Shown: positions 53,620 to 64,000 of the stretch, piece by piece
Layout: each line of letters begins with the position of its first letter
Position numbering within the stretch: position 1 is the first letter of the stretch
NCBI GenBank assembly: GCA_964016885.1
Contig: OZ024743.1
Location: 325,748,001 to 325,812,000, forward strand
Direction of reading: 5' to 3'
DNA length: 64,000 bases
Source of the DNA: Eledone cirrhosa
Lineage: Eukaryota
Translations under genes and position numbers: made by a program
The notes under the pieces: model-generated
Told to the model about the DNA's origin: nothing
The model's database searches: none
Seen by the model: the letters and a program-made list of their open reading frames with translations, nothing else

Positions 53620-56600
53620 AGAGTGGTACTGTTTGAGTAAAGAGATGAACTAGAGTGTTGTGGTACTGTTGGAGTAGTGTGATGAACTAGAGTGTTGTGG
53701 GACTGCTGAAGTAGAGTGATGAACTAGAGTGTTGTGGTACTGTTGGAGTAGAGAGATGAACTAGAGTGTTGTGGTACTACTGGAGTAGAGAGATGAACTA
53801 GAGTGTTGTGGGACTGCTGAAGTAGAGAGATGAACTACAGTGTTGTGGGACTGCTGAAGTAGAGAGATGAACTAGAGTGTTGTGGGACTGCTGGAGTAGA
53901 GAGATGAACTAGAGTGTTGTGGGACTGTTGAACTAGAGTGTTGTGGTACTGTTGGAGTAGTGTGATGAACTACAGTGTTGTGGGACTGTTGGAGTAGTGT
54001 GATGAACTAGAGTGTTGTGGGACTGCTGAAGTAGAGTGATGAACTAGAGTGTTGTGGTACTGTTGGAGTAGAGAGATGAACTAGAGTGTTGTGAGACTGC
54101 TTGAGTAGAGAGATGAACTAGAGTGTTGTGGTACTACTGGAGTAGAGAGATGAACTAGAGTGTTGTGGGACTGCTGAAGTAGAGAGATGAACTACAGTGT
54201 TGTGGGACTGCTGAAGTAGAGAGATGAACTAGAGTGTTGTGGGACTGCTGGAGTAGAGAGATGAACTAGAGTGTTGTGGGACTGTTGAACTAGAGTGTTG
54301 TGGTACTGTTGGAGTAGTGTGATGAACTACAGTGTTGTGGGACTGTTGGAGTAGTGTGATGAACTAGAGTGTTGTGGGACTGCTGAAGTAGAGTGATGAA
54401 CTAGAGTGTTGTGGTACTGTTGGAGTAGAGAGATGAACTAGAGTGTTGTGAGACTGCTTGAGTAGAGAGATGAACTAGAGTGTTGTGGGACTGCTGGAGT
54501 AGAGAGATGAACTAGAGTGTTGTGGGACTGTTGAACTAGAGTGTTGTGGTACTGTTGGAGTAGAAAGATGAACTACAGTGTTGTGGTACTGTTGGAGTAG
54601 TGTGATGAACTACAGTGTTGTGGGACTGTTGGAGTAGTGTGATGAACTAGAGTGTTGTGGGACTGCTGAAGTAGAGTGATGAACTAGAGTGTTGTGATAC
54701 TGTTGGAGTAGAGAGATGAACTAGAGTGTTGTGAGACTGCTTGAGTAGAGTGATGAACTAGAGTGTTGTATGACTGTTGGAGTAGAGAGATGAACTGGAG
54801 TCTTGTGGGACTCCTGAAGTAGAGTGATGAACTAGAGTGTTGTGGTACTACTGGAGTAGAGTGATGAACTACAGTGTTGTGGGACTGCTGGAGTAGAGTG
54901 ATGAACTAGAGTGTTGTGGGACTGCTGGAGTAGAGAGATGAACTACAGTGTTGTGGGACTGCTGGACTAGAGTGATGAACTAGAGTGTTGTGGGACTGCT
55001 GGAGTAGAGAGATGAACTAGAGTGTTGTGGGACTGCTGGAGTAGAGAGATGAACTAGAGTGTTGTGGGATGGCTGAAGTAGAGTGATGAACTAGAGTGTT
55101 GTGGGATTGCTGAAGTAGAGTGATGAACTAGAGTGTTGTGGTACTGCTGGAGTAGAGTGATGAACTAGAGTGTTGTGGGACAGTTGGAGTAGAGTGATGA
55201 ACTAGAGTGTTGTGGGACTGCTGGAGTAGAGAGATGAACTACAGTGTTGTGGGACTGCTGGACTAGAGTGATGAACTAGAGTGTTGTGGGACTTCTGGAG
55301 TAGAGAGATGAACTAGAGTGTTGTGGGACTGCTGGAGTAGAGAGATGAACTAGAGTGTTGTGGTACTGCTGGAGTAGAGTGATGAACTAGAGTGTTGTGG
55401 GACAGTTGGAGTAGAGAGATGAACTAGAGTGTTGTGGGATGGCTGAAGTAGAGTGATGAATTGTAGTGTTGTGGTACTACTGGAGTAGAGTGATGAACTA
55501 CAGTGTTGTGGGACTGCTGGAATAGAGAGATGAACTAGAGTGTTGTGGGACTGCTGGAGTAGAGTGATGAACTAGAGTGTTGTGGGACTGTTGGAGTAGA
55601 GGGATGAACTAGAGTGTTGTGTGAATGTTGGAGTAGAGAGATGAACTAGAGTGTTGTGGGACTGCTGAAGTAGAGTGATGAACTAGAGTGTTGTGGTACT
55701 GCTGGAGTAGAGTGATGAACTAGAGTGTTGTGGGACTGCTGGAGTAGAGAGATGAACTAGAGTGTTGTGGGACTGTTGGAGTAGAGTGATGAACTAGAGT
55801 GTTGTGGGATTGCTGAAGTAGAGAGATGAACTAGAGTGTTGTGGGATTTCTGAAGTAGAGAGATGAACTAGAGTGTTGTGGTACTTCTTAATTAGAGTGA
55901 TGAACTAGAGTGTTGTGGTACTGCTGGAGGAGAGTGATGAACTAGAGTGTTGTGGGACTGCTGGAGTAGAGTGATGAACTACAGTGTTGTGGGACTGCTG
56001 GAGTAGAGTGATGAACTACAGTGTTGTGGGATTGCTGGAGTAGAGAGATGAACTAGAGTGTTGTGGGACTGCTGGAGTAGAGAGATGAACAGGGGTGTTG
56101 TGGGACTGCTGAAGTAGAGTGATGAACTAGAGTGTTGTGGGACTGCTGGAGTAGAGTGATGAACTAGAGTGTTGTGGGACTGCTTGAGTAGAGAGATGAA
56201 CTAGAGTGTTGTGGGACTGCTGGAGTAGAGAGATGAACAGGGGTGTTGTGGGACTGCTGAAGTAGAGTGATGAACTAGAGTGTTGTGGGACTGCTGGAGT
56301 AGAGTGATGAACTAAAGTGTTGTAGGACTGCTTGAGTAGAGAGATGAACTAGAGTGTTGTGGGACTGCTGGAGTAGAGTGATGAACTAGAGTTTTGTGGG
56401 ACTGCTGGAGTAGAGAGATGAACTACAGTGTTGTGGGACTGCTGGAGTAGAGAGATGGACTAGAGTGTTGTGGGACTGCTGGAGTAGAGTGATGAACTAG
56501 AGTGTTGTGGGACAGTTGGAGTAGAGGGATGAACTAGAGTGTTGTGTGAATGTTGGAGTAGAGAGATGAACTAGAGTGTTGTGGGACTGCTGAAGTAGAG

Positions 56601-59600
56601 TGATGAACTAGAGTGTTGTGGTACTGCTGGAGTAGAGTGATGAACTAGAGTGTTGTGGGACTGCTGGAGTAGAGAGATGAACTAGAGTGTTGTGGGACTG
56701 TTGGAGTAGAGTGATGAACTAGAGTGTTGTGGGATTGCTGAAGTAGAGAGATGAACTAGAGTGTTGTGGGATTTCTGAAGTAGAGAGATGAACTAGAGTG
56801 TTGTGGTACTTCTTAATTAGAGTAATGAACTAGAGTGTTGTGGTACTGCTGGAGGAGAGTGATGAACTAGAGTGTTGTGGGACTGCTGGAGTAGAGTGAT
56901 GAACTACAGTGTTGTGGGACTGCTGGAGTAGAGTGATGAACTACAGTGTTGTGGGATTGCTGGAGTAGAGAGATGAACTAGAGTGTTGTGGGACTGCTGG
57001 AGTAGAGAGATAGATGAACAGGGGTGTTCTGGGACTGCTGAAGTAGAGTGATGAACTAGAGTGTTGTGGGACTGCTGGAGTAGAGTGATGAACTAGAGTG
57101 TTGTGGGACTGCTTGAGTAGAGAGATGAACTAGAGTGTTGTGGGACTGCTGGAGTAGAGAGATGAACAGGGGTGTTGTGGGACTGCTGAAGTAGAGTGAT
57201 GAACTAGAGTGTTGTGGGACTGCTGGAGTAGAGTGATGAACTAAAGTGTTGTAGGACTGCTTGAGTAGAGAGATGAACTAGAGTGTTGTGGGACTGCTGG
57301 AGTAGAGTGATGAACTAGAGTTTTGTGGGACTGCTGGAGTAGAGAGATGAACTACAGTGTTGTGGGACTGCTGGAGTAGAGAGATGGACTAGAGTGTTGT
57401 GGGACTGCTGGAGTAGAGAGATGAACTGGAGTGTTGTGGGACTGCTGGAGTAGAGTGATGAACTAGAGTGTAGTGGGACTGCTGGAGTAGAGAGATGAAC
57501 TGGAGTGTTGTGGTACTGCTGGAGTAGAGTGATGAACTACAGTGTTGTGGGACTGCTGGAGTAGAGTGATGAACTAGAGTGTTGTGGGACTGCTGGAGTA
57601 GAGAGATGAACTACAGTGTTGTGGGACTGCTGGACTAGAGTGATGAACTAGAGTGTTGTGGGACTGCTGGAGTAGAGAGATGAACTAGAGTGTTGTGGGA
57701 CTGCTGAAGTAGAGTGATGAACTAGAGTGTTGTGGGACTGCTGAAGTAGAGTGATGAACTAGAGTGTTGTGGTACTGCTGGAGTAGAGAGATGAACTAGA
57801 GTGTTGTGGGACTGCTGCAGTAGAGAGATGAACTTGAGTGTTGTGGGATGGCTGAAGTAGAGTGATGAACTAGAGTCTTGTGGGATTGCTGAAGTAGAGT
57901 GATGAACTAGAGTGTTGTTGTACTACTTGAGTAGAGAGATGAACTAGAGTGTTGTGGGACTGCTGGAGTAGAGTGATGAACTAGAGTGTTGTGGGATTGC
58001 TGAAGTAGAGTGATGAACTGGAGTGTTGTGGTACTGCTGGAGTAGAGTGATGAACTAGAGTGTTGTGGGATGGCTGAAGTAGAGAGATGAACTGGAGTGT
58101 TGTGGTACTGCTGAAGTAGAGTGATGAACTACAGTGTTGTGGGACTGCTGAAGTAGAGTGAAGAACTAGAGTGTTGTGGTACTGCTGGAGTAGAGAGATG
58201 AACTAGAGTGTTGTGGGACTGCTGGAGTAGAGAGATGAACTAGAGTGTTGTGGGAGTGCTGGAGTAGAGTGATGAACTAGAGTGTTGTGGTACTGCTGGA
58301 GTAGAGTGATGAACTAGATTGTTGTGGGACTGCTGGAGTAGAGTGATGAACTACAGTGTTGTGGGATTGCTGGAGTAGAGAGATGAACTAGAGTGTTGTG
58401 GGACTGCTGGAGTAGAGAGATGAACTAGAGTGTTGTGGGACTGCTGGAGTAGAGAGATGAACTGGAGTGTTGTGGGACTGCTGGAGAAGAGTGATGAACT
58501 AGAGTGTTGTGGGACTGCTGAAGTAGAGAGTTGAACTACAGTGTTGTGGGACTGCTGGAGTAGAGAGATGATCTAGAGTGTTGTGGTACTACTGGAGAAA
58601 AGATGATGAACTAGAGTGGTGTGGGACTGCTTAAGTAGAGTGATGAACTAGAGTGTTGTGGGACTGCAGGAGTAAAGTGATGAACTAGAGTGTTGTGGGA
58701 CTGCTGGAGTAGAGAGATGAACTACAGTGTTGTGGGACTGCTGGGGTAGAGAGATGAACTAGAGTGTTGTGGGACTGCTGGAGTAGAGTGATGAACTAGA
58801 GTGTTGTGGGACTGCTGGAGTAGGGAGATGAACTAGAGTGTTGTGGGACTGCTGGAGTAGAGTGATGAACTAGAGTGTTGTGGGACTGCTGAAGTAGAGT
58901 GATGAACTGGAGTGTTGTGGTACTACTGGAGTAGAGTGATGGACTACGGTGTTGTGGGACTGCTGAAGTAGAGTGATTAACTACAGTGTTGTGGTACTGC
59001 TGGAGTAGAGAGATGAACTAGAGTGTTGTGGGACTGCTGGAGTAGAGTGATGAACTAGAGTGTTGTGGGATTGCTGAAGTAGAGAGATGAACTAGAGTGT
59101 TGTGGGATTGCTGAAGTAGAGAGATTAACTAAAGTTTTGTGGTACTTCTGAATTAGAGTGATGAACTAGAGTGTTGTGGTACTGCTGGAGGAGAGTGATG
59201 AACTAGAGTGTTGTGGGACTGCTGGAGTAGAGTGATGAACTACAGTGTTGTGGGACTGCTGGAGTAGAGTGATGAACTACAGTGTTGTGGGACTGCTGGA
59301 GTAGAGTGATGAACTACAGTGTTGTGGGATTGCTGGAGTAGAGAGATGAACTAGAGTGTTGTGGTACTACTGGAGTACAGAGATGAACTAGAGTGGTGTG
59401 GGACTGCTGAAGTAGAGTGATGAACTAGAGTGTTGTGGGACTGCTGGAGTAGAGTGATGAACTAGAGTGTTATGGGACTGCTGGAGTAGAGAGATGAACT
59501 ACAGTGTTGTGGGACTGCTGGAGTAGAGTGATGAACTAGAGTGTTGTGGGACTGCTGGAGTAGAGAGATGAACTAGAGTGTTGTGGGACTGCTGAAGTAG

Positions 59601-61565
59601 AGTGATGAACTAGAGTGTTCTGGTACTGTTGGAGTAGAGAGATGAACTAGAGTGTTGTGGTACTGTTGGAGTAGAGAGATGAACTAGAGTGTTGTGGGAC
59701 TGCTGAAGTAGAGTGATGAACTAGAGTGTTGTGGGACTGCTGGAGTAGAGAGATGAACTACAGTGTTGTGGGACTGCTGGGGTAGAGAGATGAACTAGAG
59801 TGTTGTGGGACTGCTGGAGTAGAGAGATGAACTGGAGTGTTGTGGGACTGCTGAAGTAGAGTGATGAACTAGAGTGTTGTGGGACTGCTGGAGTAGAGTG
59901 ATGAACTAGAGTGTTGTAGGACTGCTTGAGTTGAGAGATGAACTAGAGTGTTGTGGGACTGCTGGAGTAGAGTGATGAACTAGAGTGTTGTGGGACTGCT
60001 GGCATAGAGAGATGAACTACAGTGTTGTGGGACTGCTGGAGTAGAGAGATGAACTAGAGTGTTGTGGGACTGCTGGAGTAGAGATATGAACTGGAGTGTT
60101 GTGGGACTGCTGGAGTAGAGTGATGAACTAGAGTCTAGTGGGACTGCTGGAGTAGAGAGATGAACTACAGTGTTGTGGGACTGCTGGACTAGAGTAATGA
60201 ACTAGAGTGTTGTGGGACTGCTGGAGTAGAGAGATGAACTAGAGTGTTGTGGGACTGCTGAAGTAGAGAGATGAACTACAGTGTTGTGGTACTGCTGGAG
60301 TAGAGAGATGAACTAGAGTGTTGTGGGACTGCTGGAGTAGAGAGATGAACTAGAGTGTTGTGGGACTGCTGAAGTAGAGTGATGAACTAGAGTGTTGTGG
60401 GACTGCTGAAGTAGAGTGATGAACTACAGTGTTGTGGTACTGCTGGAGTAGAGAGATGAACTAGATTGTTGTGGGACTGCTGCAGTAGAGAGATGAACTT
60501 GAGTGTTGTGGGATGGCTGAAGTAGAGTGATGAACTAGAGTCTTGTGGGATTGCTGAAGTAGAGTGATGAACTAGAGTGTTGTGGTACTACTTAAGTAGA
60601 GATATGAACTAGAGTGTTGTGGGACTGCTGGAGTAGAGTGATGAATTAGAGTGTTGTGGGATTGCTGAAGTAGAGTGATGAACTGGAGTGTTGTGGTACT
60701 GCTGGAGTAGAGTGATGAACTAGAGTGTTGTGGGACTGCTGGAGTAGAGAGATGAACTAGAGTGTTGTGGGACTGCTGAAGTAGAGAGATGAACTACAGT
60801 GTTGTGGTACTGCTGGAGTAGAGAGATGAACTAGAGTGTTGTGGGACTGCTGGAGTAGAGAGATGAACTAGAGTGTTGTGGGATGGCTGAAGTAGAGTGA
60901 TGAACTAGAGTGTTGTGGGATTGCTGAAGTAGAGTGATGAACTAGAGTGTTGTGGTACTACTGGAGTAGAGAGATGAACTAGAGTGTTGTGGGATTGCTG
61001 AAGTAGAGAGATGAACTGGAGTGTTGTGGTACTGCTGAAGTAGAGTGATGAACTACAGTGTTGTAGGACTGCTTGAGTAGAGAGATGAACTAGAGTGTTG
61101 TGGGACTGCTGGAGTAGAGTGATGAACTAGAGTTTTGTGGGACTGCTGGAGTAGAGAGATGAACTACAGTGTTGTGGGACTGCTGGAGTAGAGAGATGAA
61201 CTGGAGTGTTGTGGGACTGCTGGAGTAGAGTGATGAACTAGAGTGTTGTGGGACTGCTGGAGTAGAGTGATGAACTAGAGTGTTGTGGGACTGCTGGAGT
61301 AGAGTGATGAACTAAAGTGTTGTGGGAAGGCTGAAGTAGAGAGATGAACTACAGTGTTGTGGGACTGCTGGAGTAGGAAGATGAACTAGTGTGTTGTGGG
61401 ATGGCTGAAGTAGAGAGATGAACTAGAGTGTTGTGGGACGGCTGAAGTAGAGAGATGAACTAGAGTGTTGTGGGACTGCTGGAGTAGAGTGATGAACTAG
61501 AGTGTTGTGGGACTGCTGGAGTAGAGTGATGAACTAGTGCGTTGTCATACTGATGAAGTAGTGAT
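53620..61565. repeat. 37-bp minisatellite (GATGAACTAGAGTGTTGTGGGACTGCTGGAGTAGAGA)n, ~215 copies
   Basis: Direct periodicity over ~7.9 kb, starting ~150 bp after the sulfotransferase polyA signal. Confidence 0.97.
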
Positions 61566-61864
61566 GAAATCATGTGTTGATTGGAAAATAAATCATCATA
61601 AAGAACCTCATAGTAATATTTCCAGGCTTCTTTCTTTTGAGCATCAGTGGTGCACCAGTGTCATTTATCACACACTTTTTACCCAACAATATTATGATTG
61701 ACAGTGACACACTACCTTGCAATGTGAAACACTTCAAGCATCTGATCCTCACATCTCAGGACATCTGAGGTGTGTTCACCTTCTCACCAAGTTTCTCTCT
61801 TAGCTACCTGGTACTGGTCTCTGTTAACCTCATTTTTGCAGCCTGTCTCTTGGTTTTAATGGCT

Positions 61865-64000
61865 GTGTTACCATGATCATCATTTTACATCTGCCTTTCC
61901 TTGCTTGATAGGGTGGGACAGGTCCTTTTCAGCACAGCATCTCTCCATTCATCATCTCCTCTGTGAGATGCAGCTATCTGAGGTTGGCTCTCACCACCTC
62001 CACCCATTTTATTTGTGGTCTTTGTTCCACTGGGATTTCTTGGCACTTCTTCACCCAGCAGTCATCTTCCATGCACATCACATAGCCATACCAATGCAGT
62101 CTTCTCTCCTGCACACTACAGTTTATTCCTCTTATACACAGTTTCACTCTCACCTCATCCATGCTTAGTTGTTCATGCACATTGACATTGCACATCCATG
62201 CTTGCTTCATTTCTCTCCAGCTGTCGTATGCAGCATCATGCATCTCACAACTGATCTTTCATTTGTAGGGAGAAACCCTTTGTTGTCAACAGAGGAAGCA
62301 GCTCCCTAAACTTCTTCCATCCTGTCCTTATTCTAGATACTATGGCCTCAGAGCATCCTGCTCCCTTGCTCATCTGATCACCTAGATATCGGAAGCTATC
62401 AACCACCTCTTTAGATCCTACCTGCATTTGAAAAATGTGCCTATCACTGACACTTCTACTATCAAATTTCCCTGAACATCTACTACATATGAAGTTTTCC
62501 CTTCCTATTAGTTTGCCTGCTATCCCACTACACCTCTTGTGTACTCAAGATCTGCATTGTGTACATTCTATAGAGCTTATACCAATTCCTTTTCTACATG
62601 AACTCCTCACTAAACTCCATTCCTACTCTCACTTTACTGACAGCTCCTCTGTACATAACTTGCACTGTCCTCACAGGCCATTCCTCTACACCTAGTTGCC
62701 TTAGGGACCACCAGATGACAGATCAGGGTACTCTATGAAAGGCCTTCTCTAGTCAACAAAAACTAAATATAGTGCCTTATTCTTCTCTAAGACCCTCTCT
62801 TGTAGTTGTCTGACTAAGATGTGGGCATCTGTTGTACTTTTCCCAGGCACAAAGCCAAACTGCATCTCATCTAATTTGACTATTTCTCTAATTAGTTGTG
62901 CTAGCCCTCTGTCTTTCATAACCTGATCCATCAGTTTTATGCCCCTATAATTGCTCCTCGCCAGAGAGTTCCCTTTACCTTTGTAGCAATACTGCTGCAT
63001 CAGTCTTTGGATATGACTCCACCATACATAGCTTGATTGACTATGCGTGCAACCAGTTTAGTTCCTACTTCTGAAGTCTTCAACATCTCAGCGACTATCC
63101 CTGACAGACCAATGGCCTTACCACTTTTCATTTCCTTAATTGCCTCATTGACCCTATGATCGTCAATCTGAATAGTTGATATCTGTTGGGGGCTAGTTTC
63201 TCTCTTTCCCATTCATTCTCAATATTCATCAGTGTCTCGTAGTGTAATTTCCAGGCGTCCTTTTTCTGAGCATGTGACGCTAAGTGAACCCGCATAATTT
63301 CAGACACATTTATCTCCAACAACATCCTGATTTACACTGACACTGCTTTGCAATGTGGAACACCTCACGTCTCTGATCCTCTCATCGCAGAATATTGGCA
63401 TACTCCTACTCTTAGCTTCTCTGTGTGCTAAGTATACCCGACATCTAGCCTCTCTTTTAGTGGATGAGTATCGGTCTCCACTTCCCCCATTTTTCCAACC
63501 CTTCCATGCTTGTCTTTTGTCTTTAATGGCTCTACTGTACTGTTCCACCACCAATCACCCTCTGTCTGGTTGAAGCTTTGCTCTAGCCACAAGTCTCTTC
63601 AGTTGCTTGCTGTAGGTTGTCACATAAGAACTTCCAGTTATCTTCTATGTCATACAATTCTAATTCGTCTTCTTTCTCATCATACACATCTTGAAAGGCT
63701 TTCCTAAAGTTATATTTAAGTGAAAGGTCTTTTAGCTTCCAGACCTTTCTGTGTCTCTCATTCTGTCTCCTGCTTATTGAGATGTCACTAACGACTAACC
63801 TATGTTAGGGGGGGGGGTAAAACATTCTTCCCTAGGGCATGCATTAGTATTCAAAACTATCTGCCTGTCTCGTTGCCTAACTAGAAAGAAGTCAATCTGG
63901 CTTATGTGTTCGCCTGATTAGTAGGTTATTAGGTGGTTGGCAAGTTTCCTGAAATTAGTGTTGCAAATGGTGAGTTCACTTGCATTACAAAATTACAGAA
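61865..64000 (-). mobile_element. Degraded RTE-clade LINE (endonuclease end, RT, 3' tail)
   Basis: Broken frames give QIDFFLV, SNYRGIKL, MQFGFVPGKSTTDA, LYLVFVD, VDSFRYLG, RIRTGWKKFRELLPLL and RRLHWYGYV. Confidence 0.9.

Overview
AT-rich, repeat-dense animal genomic DNA. The SINE/LINE families and microsatellite load suggest an octopus or other coleoid cephalopod (inference). There are two spliced host genes on the + strand. The first is the last four coding exons of N-acetylgalactosamine kinase (GALK2, 4555-11271). The second is a complete 5-exon cytosolic-type sulfotransferase (45216-53304, 309 aa) whose PAPS-binding motifs are all altered. The window starts with a 38-bp minisatellite and has a ~8-kb 37-bp minisatellite near its end. 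It also carries RTE, Tx1, CR1/L2, CRE-like, mariner and many SINE relics. The most notable part is the 17-37 kb interval, a Penelope-like element (PLE) hotspot containing several type I hammerhead ribozymes that I folded by eye. These include a non-coding 466-bp tandem retrozyme-like unit that ends at its own predicted cleavage site, a stand-alone hammerhead with a branched 70-nt stem II insertion inside a highly structured ~400-nt segment, and a hammerhead family with ~116-nt stem II domains in long inverted repeats. No ribozyme activity or database identity has been tested.
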